A DNA stretch of 64,000 nt, from NCBI GenBank assembly GCA_963843375.1, contig CAWJKT010000006.1, forward strand, positions 1-64,000, given 5' to 3'. Shown here piece by piece: positions 20,750-31,040 of this stretch. The DNA is from an uncultured Pseudomonadota bacterium (GTDB lineage: Bacteria > Oederibacteriota > Muellerivitia > Muellerivitales > Muellerivitaceae). A model generated the notes under the pieces. That model made no database searches. It worked only from the letters and a program-made list of their open reading frames with translations, and had not been told where the DNA came from. Position numbers and translations under genes: made by a program. How positions within the stretch are numbered: the stretch's first letter is position 1; every line of letters begins with the position of its first letter.

Positions 20750-23700
20750 ATGAGAGTTCTTAAACCAGCGATATGTTTTTTCTACGGCCTGCTCATAACG
20801 GTATTCGTCCAACCGCTTCTTGCCCAAACCTACACCTGGAGCAACGTGGTCGTCCCCGCGGGCGGCTTCGTGGCCGGGGTAGATTATAGCCCCGTCTCCC
20901 AGGGCCTTATTTACGCCCGTACCGACATCGGGGGCGTTTACCGTTGGGATAATGCCACCAGCCTTTGGATACCCTTGACCGACATGTTTAACAACAGCCT
21001 GTACAACTATTACGGAGGGGAAAGCATTGCCCCGGACCCGGTTAATGCCAACAACGTTTATGTAGCGGCTGGAATGTATATGACCAGTGGCAACGGCGTC
21101 ATTCTCAGTTCCACCAACCAGGGAAACAGCTGGACCGTCAATTCCATCGCCGTTCCGATGGGCGGCAATTATGACGGCCGGGAAGCGGGGGAAAGGCTGG
21201 CGGTCGATCCGAATCTGAACAGCATTCTCTATTTCGGCTCCCGTAGTAACGGTCTTTGGAAAAGCACCAATTCGGCCGCCAGTTGGGCCCAGGTGGCCGG
21301 CTTCCCCGTCAACGGCGACGCCACTTACGGTTTAAGTTATGTGGTTTTCCTCCCGGGCGGAAACCCCAGTTCCGGCGCGGAAACGATTTTCGTCGGGGTC
21401 GAGGCCATGGCCTCGGGCAACAGCAATCTCTATCGTTCGACCAACGCTGGAGCCAGTTGGACCCTCGTCCCGGGCGGCCCCACCAACATGATTACCCCTC
21501 ACGCCTCGCTCGGAACCGACGGGAATTTGTGGGTTGTCTATGACAGCGGCGGCTATGGCCCCAATAACATCACCACGGGTCAGGTTTGGAAGCTGAATAC
21601 ATCCACCCTGGCTTGGTCGCAAATCACCATGCCGGGTCCGCCTGCCGCAAGCGGTGGATTTGGGGGCATCAACGTGGATGCCGAAAACGCCCAGCATGTG
21701 GTCGTCTCAACCATTGACTGGTGGAGCGGTCCGGACATGGTTTTCAGCACCACTAACGGAGGATCCAGTTGGACAACTATCGGACACGTCAACGTAGGAT
21801 ATGGTTCTAATTTCGCCAACTACAACATCAACGGAGCCGAATGGACCCTTGGTTGCGGAACAGTGGCGGGCGGAACGGGCTGGCAGGGAGACGTTAAGAT
21901 TGACCCCTATAACTCCGCCAACGCCCTCTATACCACGGGTGCCGGTGTTTGGAGCAGTACCAATATTACCGCCGCCTCAACTTCTTCGGTTACTTGGAGC
22001 TTCACCGACTACGGCCTGGAGGAAACGGCGGTGACCGACATGACCAGCTCGGCCGCCGGAGGAGTTTTCTTCAGTTCCCTAGGGGATATTGGCGGCATGC
22101 GGCACACCAACCTCGCTGTTTCTCCAGCTGGAGGAATGTACTGTAATCCTTCCTGGTCCAGCACCGAGGGCATCGATTTCGCCGAACTTAACACCAATGA
22201 TTTTGTGCGAGTGGAGAATTCAGGCGCCATCGCCACAGATGGCGCTTACTCCACGAACAATGGACAAACCTTCACGAATTTCTCGACTTTGCCTGAAACC
22301 AGTGACAATGAAATGCAAGGAATCGCCATATCCGCCAACGGAGCCACTATCATCGCGGTGCCTTACAGTGGCTATGGAAATCCGAGCTACTCCATCAACT
22401 GGGGAACCAGTTGGACAGCCTGTACGGGTCTTCCGGGTGGAGCCCAAATCGCTTCAGACCGGGTCGATTCCAACATCTTCTATGGTACTTCCGGGACCAC
22501 ACTTTACGTGAGCACCAACGGGGGTTCCAGTTTCGCTTCCGCGGGTACTTTCGCGGGTAGCGGCAGACCCAGGGCTGTCTTTGGGATGGTCGGCGAAGTT
22601 TGGGTTCCCACCGGCAGTGGACTTTACCGTTTTACGAATGTGGGCTTAGGAACCGTAACCACCACAAAAATAGCCAACGTTTCTAGCGCGGTAGCCATAG
22701 GCTTTGGCATGGCCGACAGCCCTACCTACACCCATCCTGCGGTTTACCTGGTGGGTACTGTCAGTGGTACTTATGGTTTCTTTAGATGTGACGATGGGAT
22801 CGGGACTACCTGGACTCTAATTAGCAACAGCAACCAGTTGTTTGGCGCGGTTGGTACTGCATCTGGGGATGAAACCGTGTATGGTCGCATGTATATTGGA
22901 ACCAACGGCCGGGGGATTTTGCATGGGGACCTCGTGGCGGGGGTGACCAACACGCCCACTGGAACGCCAACGGCTACTCGCACCAACTCCCCAACGAACA
23001 CTCGGACTTTCACTCCTACTAATAGCCCGACCCCGACCCGTACCGACAGCCCGACGAATACCGCTACCTCGACCCCCACTGAGACCGTCACCCTTACGCC
23101 CACGAACACCCTCGTTAGTACGGCGACAGCCACCCTCAGTTCGACCCCCTCCAATAGTCCCACGGCCACCCGTTCGGCTTCCGCCACGAACACGGCCACT
23201 TCCAGTCCCACAAGCACGAATTCAAACACCCCGACAAATACCGTCACGAAAACCGCAACTTTTACCCCTACGAATACCTTAGCCAACACAGCCACTCAAA
23301 CCGCGACGACGACGGCTACCGCCTCGAACACGCCGACTTCCAGCCCCACGAACACTTTGGCAAATACGGCCACTCTTACGGCAACCTCGACTGTCTCGAA
23401 CACGGCGACCAAAACGGCGACTTCCACGCCTACCAACACCTTTGCGAATACGGCCACCCAAACCGCCACGTCCACGCCTACCGATACCGTCACAAATAGC
23501 GTTACCGAAACGCCTTCCTTGACAGCTTCGAACACGACTACCTCGACCACCACTTCCACACCCACCCCTACCTTAGCCAATACGGCCACCCAAACCGCCA
23601 CGGATACTCCCACCGCCACCGTCTCGAATACGGCAACCAAGACAACAACTTCAACCCCTACGGATACGGCCACTCAAGCCGCCACGGCGACCCCAACCAA

Positions 23701-24472
23701 TACGGTAACGAATACCTCCACGACTACACCTACCAGTACAGTCACCAGCACCGATAGTCCCACCATCACCTCCACGCCCACCAATACGAATGTGATTACC
23801 TCGACTTATACCGGGACACCCACCAACAGCCCCAGCTCAACCGTTTCGAACACGGTCACCCCAACCCCTACCGTGACTCCCACCAACAGCTTGACCAACA
23901 CGACTACCCCAACACCAACCTCAACCGCCTCGAACACCGCCACCAAGACAACAACTTTAACGCTCACGAACACCTTCACCAACACCGCCACTGGAACCGC
24001 CACGGCCACACCGACCAATACCCCCGTCAATACCGCTACCCCTACGGCCACTCCCGCCAATAGCTTGACGAGTACGGCGACAGATACGCCAACCCTAACG
24101 GCCACCTCCAGCGCCACTTCCGCCATCACCTTAACCGTCACTTCAACGATGGTTCCCGCGACGCTGACAAGCACGGAAACGTCCACGCCCGCTGCCTCCA
24201 AGGGAGTGGTGATCTACCCCAATCCGGTCACGGGCCCCACGGTGAATGTTCTTCCGCCGGCCTATTCGGGGGTTTCGACGGTGGAGGTTGAGATATTCAC
24301 GACGGCCTTTAGGAAGGTGCAGGAAGAGACCTTCCTGAACGTTCCGCCGAGCGTGGCGGTAACGGTCCAACTGACCGACAAATGGGGAACGCCACTGGCC
24401 AATGGGCTTTACTACCTGGTGGTCATCGTCGATGGCCAGCGTTCTGTCGCCAAATTGCTCATCCTTCGCTAA
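20750..24472 (+). CDS. Secreted GH74 xyloglucanase + long Thr/Pro linker + C-terminal sorting-like domain
   Basis: GGFVAG, YARTDIGGVYRWD, GERLAVDPN, LGDIGG, BNR repeats, YIGTNGRGI; YPNP..LANGLYY tail. Confidence 0.9.
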   Translation: MRVLKPAICFFYGLLITVFVQPLLAQTYTWSNVVVPAGGFVAGVDYSPVSQGLIYARTDIGGVYRWDNATSLWIPLTDMFNNSLYNYYGGESIAPDPVNANNVYVAAGMYMTSGNGVILSSTNQGNSWTVNSIAVPMGGNYDGREAGERLAVDPNLNSILYFGSRSNGLWKSTNSAASWAQVAGFPVNGDATYGLSYVVFLPGGNPSSGAETIFVGVEAMASGNSNLYRSTNAGASWTLVPGGPTNMITPHASLGTDGNLWVVYDSGGYGPNNITTGQVWKLNTSTLAWSQITMPGPPAASGGFGGINVDAENAQHVVVSTIDWWSGPDMVFSTTNGGSSWTTIGHVNVGYGSNFANYNINGAEWTLGCGTVAGGTGWQGDVKIDPYNSANALYTTGAGVWSSTNITAASTSSVTWSFTDYGLEETAVTDMTSSAAGGVFFSSLGDIGGMRHTNLAVSPAGGMYCNPSWSSTEGIDFAELNTNDFVRVENSGAIATDGAYSTNNGQTFTNFSTLPETSDNEMQGIAISANGATIIAVPYSGYGNPSYSINWGTSWTACTGLPGGAQIASDRVDSNIFYGTSGTTLYVSTNGGSSFASAGTFAGSGRPRAVFGMVGEVWVPTGSGLYRFTNVGLGTVTTTKIANVSSAVAIGFGMADSPTYTHPAVYLVGTVSGTYGFFRCDDGIGTTWTLISNSNQLFGAVGTASGDETVYGRMYIGTNGRGILHGDLVAGVTNTPTGTPTATRTNSPTNTRTFTPTNSPTPTRTDSPTNTATSTPTETVTLTPTNTLVSTATATLSSTPSNSPTATRSASATNTATSSPTSTNSNTPTNTVTKTATFTPTNTLANTATQTATTTATASNTPTSSPTNTLANTATLTATSTVSNTATKTATSTPTNTFANTATQTATSTPTDTVTNSVTETPSLTASNTTTSTTTSTPTPTLANTATQTATDTPTATVSNTATKTTTSTPTDTATQAATATPTNTVTNTSTTTPTSTVTSTDSPTITSTPTNTNVITSTYTGTPTNSPSSTVSNTVTPTPTVTPTNSLTNTTTPTPTSTASNTATKTTTLTLTNTFTNTATGTATATPTNTPVNTATPTATPANSLTSTATDTPTLTATSSATSAITLTVTSTMVPATLTSTETSTPAASKGVVIYPNPVTGPTVNVLPPAYSGVSTVEVEIFTTAFRKVQEETFLNVPPSVAVTVQLTDKWGTPLANGLYYLVVIVDGQRSVAKLLILR

Positions 24473-24544
24473 ATTTTCATATTCCTATATTTTTTAGGGG
24501 TCAAAAAGTTGATAAATCTTAGGTGTTCCGAGTAAAAAAACCTT

Positions 24545-24570
24545 GTCCACGACGGGTCCCCGTCGTGAAC
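24545..24570 (+). repeat. Cassette-boundary site 7 (inverted relative to sites 1-6)
   Basis: GTCCACGACG-GGTCCC-CGTCGTGAAC. Confidence 0.88.
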
Positions 24571-25202
24571 AAGAGAAAACCTGAAAATTGCACGATGTTC
24601 TTTTTCAGCCGTTTTTCCTAGCATTGCGTGAAAGTGTGAAAGGACACAAATGGTCAGTCCTGCACCGAGTTTGTTTAGCATCCTTTCCTAAACAGGCGAG
24701 CGGTGATGTTGGTAATGCTAATTGAAAAACGATGGGTACTAACTCTTATGTCGAAACCACAAGCATCCGCGTCGAGACGAAAGAATTGATCGTATCACCC
24801 CTTTTATAATAAAAGTGTTTGATGCAGAAGGTTTTGTGTGGTTTGACCGAGATTCATTTCTTGTAAAAAGGTTCGTAAAACCGGCTCAGGAGCATTCCTG
24901 CGTTGCCATTCTGTAGAGTCAAAGTAACCCCCAAAAAGCTATTAAATCCCGCTTAATCAAAAGTTAAACCACCTTAGGGACCACGTCAGGAAGCATCGCC
25001 TTGAATTGGGTGGGAGAAGGAGGTCGCATTGCCCTTGAGGTCATTGCGGACAAAGTTATTAAGAAAATATGCAAGGAAAAAGCCACGAAACCGGCCAAAA
25101 ACGGCGAGTTTGGCTTGCAAAAGCCCAAGGGGATCGTTAATATACCGGCCTCAAAGCGACTTTTCTTGGCATTGCCCACAATAAATCAATCAAAGGTGTC
25201 CC

Positions 25203-25481
25203 ATGGCCCCAGCAACGGAAAAAGTAAAAGTTAACATCCACGAAAAGGATTATGAAATTGAGTTGATTGAAAAACAGGGAAAAATATTCGCGAAGACCCA
25301 CGTAAATAATTTTGGTGAGGTTATGGTTCCGGATTTTGGGGGAGGCAAGGAAAAGGCCATCCAGAATATCCAAGCCCGTATTGGAAATATCGTTACGGCG
25401 ATGCAATTGGACGAGGCCCGCGAAAACCGGAAGAAACAGTGGGAAGAAGAACAGCTCAAAAAACAACAACAGCAAAATTAA
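25203..25481 (+). CDS. Small hypothetical protein
   Basis: 92 aa ORF with RBS-like AAGGTG, followed by a terminator. Confidence 0.65.
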   Translation: MAPATEKVKVNIHEKDYEIELIEKQGKIFAKTHVNNFGEVMVPDFGGGKEKAIQNIQARIGNIVTAMQLDEARENRKKQWEEEQLKKQQQQN

Positions 25482-25545
25482 TATCAAAAAAGACAGATTG
25501 TGCTCCGCTTAACGGCTGGGCACTGAGGGGATCCCCCCCTCTTTG

Positions 25546-25576
25546 AAGCCTCGGATCCCCATCCGGGGCTTTTTTT
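25546..25576 (+). terminator. Rho-independent terminator
   Basis: AAGCCTCGGAT-CCCC-ATCCGGGGCTT followed by a T tract. Confidence 0.8.
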
Positions 25577-25724
25577 GTCTTCAAACGGCTAAAAAATGTT
25601 TGAGGGTAAAAAAATTCTAAATTGTGGTCTGGGTTTTAAGCAGGCGTCCATTTTCCCCAACCAAATTCGTGAAAAATTATCTTAATTTTTAACCTAATTA
25701 ATTCAAGACTTAAAACTGTCTTTA

Positions 25725-26180
25725 CTACTCGATCCAGAAGCTGATGACTTCCAGGTTTTTGTTGGCTTGCCGCAGGCGGTTGGATAGCACTTTGATAATG
25801 ATGTCCATCAATTTCAAGGCCGTGTGTGGTTTTTCCTTGCGCAACTTTTGGTAGCCCTCCAACGAGACCATGAAAAGTTCCGAGTCAGTGGTGGTGCGAA
25901 CCGCGGCGGAACGAGGAAGACCATCCAACAGGGCCATTTCACCAAAGAATTCGCCTGGATTTAATACGGCGATGGTATTTTCTTGGTTTTTGACTTTCTT
26001 GAGAATTTTGACCGCGCCGGATTTGATCACGTACATACTGTCGCCCTTGGAATCCTCATCGAAAACCAATTCGTCTTTATTGACTGTCTTTTCCACGCCC
26101 ACTGCGCTTAATGCGTCCAGGTCATTTCCGTCGAAGGATTTAAAGGGAGGATATTTGGTCAAATAGGTTACGTCAGGCAT
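25725..26180 (-). CDS. Cyclic nucleotide-binding domain protein
   Basis: GDSMYVIKSGAVKI, GEFFGEMALLDGLPRSAAV. Confidence 0.92.
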   Translation of the reverse strand: MPDVTYLTKYPPFKSFDGNDLDALSAVGVEKTVNKDELVFDEDSKGDSMYVIKSGAVKILKKVKNQENTIAVLNPGEFFGEMALLDGLPRSAAVRTTTDSELFMVSLEGYQKLRKEKPHTALKLMDIIIKVLSNRLRQANKNLEVISFWIE

Positions 26181-26311
26181 AAAACTCCTTAGGTTCTGGG
26201 GTCACCCAATTGTAGGATTCTTCCTTGAAGACGCAAGGATAAAAAGTTGTCACTCAAGGGTATTCATTGGGAGCTGAATTTTAAAATTTTGGCCTGAACT
26301 GGGATTAGGTT

Positions 26312-28273
26312 TTAAAAGAAGCCGTGTTTAATGGTTGATTTTGGGGTTTGAGGCAAGTGTGTGGATGGGAAGGGAGGAGCCGCTGGTTCCTTGGGATTGG
26401 ACAAAACAGAAGGTGTTGTTACTGAAGTCGACATATGGGGGGCCTCCTCCAAAAGCTCGTCCTCGGTAGCGTGGGATGCCCGCATCACTTCCACCGCTTC
26501 GAGAACCTGGGCTTCTTGTTCCACACTTTGGGTGTCAACTTGGACGATGGCATTGAGGACTTCCTGTTCATCTAAAACATATCCATCCAATGCCGAAGCG
26601 GGCAAGGGTTGGTCGGGGGTGTAAACGGGGATGGAGGAATTGATTTCTTCTTCGGCAGCGTAAGAAGTGGGAACCGTTTCCCTTAAGGCTGGCTCCATTG
26701 GGGTTGTTGGGACTTCCGCGACTGGAGCCAGCGGCGGTGTCTGGACAGGGGAAACTGTGGATGGGATGGGAGGCGCGGGGATAGTTGAAAAATCAACCGC
26801 CGGCGCCGTTGCGGGCGGTACCGGAAGGATTGGGGTGGGTACCGCTAAAGATGGAATATTCATGGTTGGACTGGTAGGTTCTGGTTCAGAAGAGGAAGCT
26901 GGTGCGGCTGCTTTAGCTGAAGGAACAGCAGGCGCGGCAGGGGTGATTGAAGGTTTGATTTCCGATTTATCCGCTGATGCTTCGGTTGGAGACGAAACGG
27001 TTGCAGGGGCAGCCTGGGGATTTTTGGCGGCTTTGGCCTTGGCCAGAACTTGTTTTAAGTATTCCTTGGGGTCGGTCAGCTTTACCCCTCCTTTTTCTGC
27101 AGGCGGGGGTGGAACGGTAGCCCCGGCTGGCGCAGGTGCGGCAATAGAAAGAGGGGTACTGACCTGTGGGGTGGTGGCGGAAACACCGGAAGGCGCCGAT
27201 TCCTTGGATGCGGTTTCGGCGCCAGTGGGAGCGTCTATTTTTTTCATATTCAATAATTTTTCCAATTCATCCAGGCTGATGTTTTTTATTTTGGCGATTC
27301 GGGATTTGGCTTCCTCCACCATGGCGCCGGTCTCGTGGATTCGCACGAATTTTTCGTATTCGGCTACGGCTTTTTCCGTAATTCCCTTGTTCTCATAAAC
27401 TTGGCCCAGAATGAAGTGGGCGTTGGCATAACTGGGTTCCAATTGGATGGCGACGCGGTATTCCTTGATGGCCTGTTTGTAAAGACGAAGCTTGTCGTAG
27501 ATAAGCCCAACCGTATTGTGAATCTTGGCGCTTTGGGGATTAAGGGTGATGACTTGTCCAAAGGTTTCCAATGCTTTTTGCAAATCACCTTTTCGCTCGT
27601 AAGCGAAACCCATGGCCATATAAGCGGCCTCAAAGCGACCGTCGAGGCGGATAGCCTCTTGAAAAGATTTGATGGCTTTGTCATGGAGTTCTTGTTTGGC
27701 GTAAAGGGTGCCCATATCGTAGGCAATCTTGGCCTTGTTTTTTCCCGATTTGGCGGCTTCCTCCAGGCGTTTCATGGCCACGTCCATGTTACCTGAGGTA
27801 TTTTTATCGATCCCTAAGCGATGGTAAGACTCGGCGTAGGAGGGGTCCAACTCGACGGCCGTTTGGAAAACCTGCATGGCTTGTGAAAATTGCCCCAGCT
27901 CGTAATAAACATTTCCCAGGTTGTTGTAAAACGTAGCCACTTTGGGATTGCGGGCAATGGCGTCCTCGAAGGTTTTAATGGCTTCCTTGTATTTTTCAGA
28001 ACGAGCCAGCATAAGACCCAGGTTGTTCCACGCTTCGGGAGAATTATTGTCGATAGAAATGACTTTTTTGAAAACTTGGATAGCGTCTTCCGACTGGCCC
28101 ATATCGGAATAAATGAAGCCCATGGCGGTGTGGGCGTCCTTGTAATTGGGGTCGATTTCCAGGGCCTTTTGAAGTTCTTTCAAAGCGCGAGAGGTGTCAC
28201 CTTGATCGATGAGCTTTTGGGCGGATTCCACCAGCTCTTTCTTTTTATCTTCTTTACTGCTGAAAAGTCCCAT
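26312..28273 (-). CDS. Tetratricopeptide repeat protein with Pro/Ala-rich C-terminus
   Basis: Multiple TPR units (AWNNLG, YNNLGNVY) followed by a low-complexity tail. Confidence 0.88.
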   Translation of the reverse strand: MGLFSSKEDKKKELVESAQKLIDQGDTSRALKELQKALEIDPNYKDAHTAMGFIYSDMGQSEDAIQVFKKVISIDNNSPEAWNNLGLMLARSEKYKEAIKTFEDAIARNPKVATFYNNLGNVYYELGQFSQAMQVFQTAVELDPSYAESYHRLGIDKNTSGNMDVAMKRLEEAAKSGKNKAKIAYDMGTLYAKQELHDKAIKSFQEAIRLDGRFEAAYMAMGFAYERKGDLQKALETFGQVITLNPQSAKIHNTVGLIYDKLRLYKQAIKEYRVAIQLEPSYANAHFILGQVYENKGITEKAVAEYEKFVRIHETGAMVEEAKSRIAKIKNISLDELEKLLNMKKIDAPTGAETASKESAPSGVSATTPQVSTPLSIAAPAPAGATVPPPPAEKGGVKLTDPKEYLKQVLAKAKAAKNPQAAPATVSSPTEASADKSEIKPSITPAAPAVPSAKAAAPASSSEPEPTSPTMNIPSLAVPTPILPVPPATAPAVDFSTIPAPPIPSTVSPVQTPPLAPVAEVPTTPMEPALRETVPTSYAAEEEINSSIPVYTPDQPLPASALDGYVLDEQEVLNAIVQVDTQSVEQEAQVLEAVEVMRASHATEDELLEEAPHMSTSVTTPSVLSNPKEPAAPPFPSTHLPQTPKSTIKHGFF

Positions 28274-28396
28274 GAATTGAGCCGTTTAACCTTGGTGGAA
28301 TTGAGTGAATTAAAAATATAAAAGTTCATTGTATCGCCGGTTCTTTTGAAAGGTCAACGTGAACCGGACGTTTCTTTAAAGAAGAAATGGAAACAA

Positions 28397-29783
28397 TTAA
28401 CGGGGGAATCCCGGAGGGAAGCCGCCTGGTGGAAAGCTACCCGGCATGCCCCCGCCGCCCATCATGTTCATTGCCTTTTGGGTCATGCCGCCTTTTTTGG
28501 CCATTTTTTTCATTAAGTCGTATTGTTTTAACAGGGTGTTAATTTCACTCGGTTGGGTGCCGCTGCCAGCCGCGATGCGGCGTTTGCGGGAGCCATCGAG
28601 CAATTGGGGGAACTGGCGTTCTTTGGCTGTCATGGAAAGGATAATGGCTTCCATGCGTTTGATCTTTTTTTCATCCGGGGCGTTGGCCGCCATTTGTTTT
28701 TTCTGCGCGTGGTCTCCGGGAAGCATGTTAATGATCTCTTCCATGGAACCCATTTTCTTGAGCTGGCGGATTTGATCCAGCAGGTGGTCCAGGTTGAAAT
28801 CCGAGCCCTTGGACATTTTTTGTTTGTCAAAGGCTGATTGGCGGGCGACTTCCTCGGCCTTTTCAATCAAGGTCAACATGTCGCCCATGCCCAGGATCCG
28901 GGAGGCCATACGGTCGGGGTAAAAAGCTTCCAAGCCATCCATTTTTTCGCTGACACCTACGAATTGAATGGGGACTCCGGTGACCGAGGTGATGGAAAAG
29001 ATGGCGCCTCCCCGGGCGTCGCCATCCGCCTTGGTTAAAACCAAGCCCGTCAAGGGAAGCCGGGCATGGAAAGCCGTTGCCACTTGGACGGCGTTTTGTC
29101 CCGTCATGGCATCCACCACCAGCATGATATTGGTGGGCTTCAATTTTTTTTGGATTTCTGAAATTTCGTTCATCATCGGTTCGTCAATTTGCAGGCGGCC
29201 CGCCGTATCGAGGATGAGAATATTCGCGTCGTTTTGGAGACAGGTTTTGACCGCCCTTTGGCAAACGTCCAGGGCCTTTTCCCCCCCTTCGGGTCGGAAG
29301 CAGGGAACTCCTATTTCCTGGGCGAGCGCGGCCAATTGGTCCATAGCCGCGGGACGCACCAAGTCGGCGGCCACCAACCCGGGTTTACGCCCGTCCTTCT
29401 TCAGCCATAGCGCCAGTTTGGCGGCGGTGGTGGTTTTGCCCGTTCCCTGAAGTCCGGCCAGAAGGATTAATGTGGGAGGAGCGGGGGCGAACTTGAGTTT
29501 GTTGGCGTTCCGGTCCTTAGGCGTCAAAAGGGCGATCAATTCCTCATGAACGATCTTCACCATCACCTGTCCCGGGGTGAGGCTCAGGGCTACTTCTTTG
29601 CCGAGCGCTTTGGTCTTTAACCCTATCCAGAAACAGTTTTACGGTCTCCACATTGACATCGGCCTCAAGAAGGGCGAGGCGGACTTCCTTGAGGGCGTCC
29701 TGGACATTTTCCTCGCTGATTTTTCCCTGGCCGCGGAGGTTCTTGAAAACCTTTTGGATTTTTTCGGTTAATTGCTCAAACAT
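28397..29783 (-). CDS. ffh: Signal recognition particle protein Ffh (apparent +1 frameshift near 29627)
   Basis: ALLEADVN, GLQGTGKTTT, DTAGRL, TKADGDARGG and M domain; removing one A restores DRVKTKALGKEVALSLTPGQ. Confidence 0.93.
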
Positions 29784-29831
29784 GGGAATCCCTATTGACG
29801 TTTTTTTAAGGAAGTTGATTTCAGGGGTCGA

Positions 29832-30311
29832 TTAAAAAATGAAAAGCCGATCCGAAAGAAACGAACAATTTAGCTCTTGTTTGGCCCGGTCCACCCAATC
29901 CAGGAGGGTCTTTTTGTCCTGATCGCTCAAGGGCTGCCCCAAATTCATTGCTTTTTGCGATTTGGGAGGCATCCATCCTTTTTTTAGAGATTTGGAAATA
30001 TCCTTTAAGTCGTCCAAGGGGCTATCGCTTTCGGGGAAAGGGAAAGTTTCCCCCATGAGGAAATTTTTTTGCGCTTTGGCGATCATCTTATCCGCTTTTT
30101 TCTTCAGGTCGGGGTCCGTGATATTGTCGGTGCTTTGGGGTTTGGGCCCATGGCAAGCAAAGCAGCTTTGCTGGAGGATGGGAAGCGCGGATTTTGAGAA
30201 ATCCGCCTGGAGTTTTCTGGAACTCGCTGTGTCCGCCAAGAGCGTTGAGGAAAGCAGGAGGGTGAAACTCAAAACAAGAAGTTTTGAACCAATAATTTTC
30301 AGGGGAGGCAT
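29832..30311 (-). CDS. Exported monoheme cytochrome c-like protein
   Basis: Signal peptide, PILQQSCFACHG, MPP, LxDW. Confidence 0.75.
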   Translation of the reverse strand: MPPLKIIGSKLLVLSFTLLLSSTLLADTASSRKLQADFSKSALPILQQSCFACHGPKPQSTDNITDPDLKKKADKMIAKAQKNFLMGETFPFPESDSPLDDLKDISKSLKKGWMPPKSQKAMNLGQPLSDQDKKTLLDWVDRAKQELNCSFLSDRLFIF

Positions 30312-30420
30312 TTTTTTCCTTTCTTTGCCGTTCCGACCGGGACGATAAAACTAAATGATTAGAAGCCTGAAGTAAAGAGTTCACTTGTTTTTTTTGCAAG
30401 CTTACATAATTCCGTTGTCT

Positions 30421-30888
30421 TCATTGAGGTTTCTTGTCGTTTTGATCCAACATCTTTGCGGCTCTCTGCGCCCAATCCAAAAGATTCTTCTTGGCTTGGT
30501 CTCGTAAGGGCCGCCCCAAATTCAATGTTTTTTGCGTCCCGGGGGGCATCCAGTTTTTTTGAAGGGAATCCGAAAATTGCTTCAGGTCGAGTTTGGGTTT
30601 GAGGCTTCCTGGAAAAGGGAAAGTTTCCCCCATGGGGTACACTTTTTGGGCATCGGCAATCAACTTGGCGGTGTTTTTTCTTTGGTCAAGGTTTTGAATG
30701 TCATCCGTATCTATTGGCTTTGGCCCGTGACATGCAAAGCAACTTTGCCGGAGGATGGGCAGGGCCGTTTTTGAAAAATCAGACTGAAGGCTTCCAGGAC
30801 CGGGTGTGTCGGCCAAGAGGATTTGAGGAAGAGAGATCGCGGATAGGAAGAGAAGAGCTTTTGTCTCGTAAAGATTTTTGGGAATCAT
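30421..30888 (-). CDS. Exported monoheme cytochrome c-like protein (tandem paralog)
   Basis: PILRQSCFACHG, MGETFPFP and WMPP shared with its neighbour. Confidence 0.78.
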   Translation of the reverse strand: MIPKNLYETKALLFLSAISLPQILLADTPGPGSLQSDFSKTALPILRQSCFACHGPKPIDTDDIQNLDQRKNTAKLIADAQKVYPMGETFPFPGSLKPKLDLKQFSDSLQKNWMPPGTQKTLNLGRPLRDQAKKNLLDWAQRAAKMLDQNDKKPQ

Positions 30889-31040
30889 CTTTCGCCTTTC
30901 AAGGTTGTTTCAGATAAATAAATCAAGCCGCAATCAAAAATGAGGGTAGTTCCCAAAGTAAAGAGCCCGTCGGGTTGTTTGTTTCCTGACGGGCTCCCAT
31001 CATATGTTCTTTTTTCGGGACCAATAGAGAGCGGTCGGTC

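Noticed and set aside
5850..24201. Val/Gly/Ala-rich antisense ORFs over the Thr/Pro linkers
   Set aside because: Shadow frames of ACN/CCN codon repeats.
24600..25000. Possible SRP RNA or riboswitch in the long intergenic region
   Set aside because: No SRP domain IV motif or recognisable riboswitch consensus found by eye.
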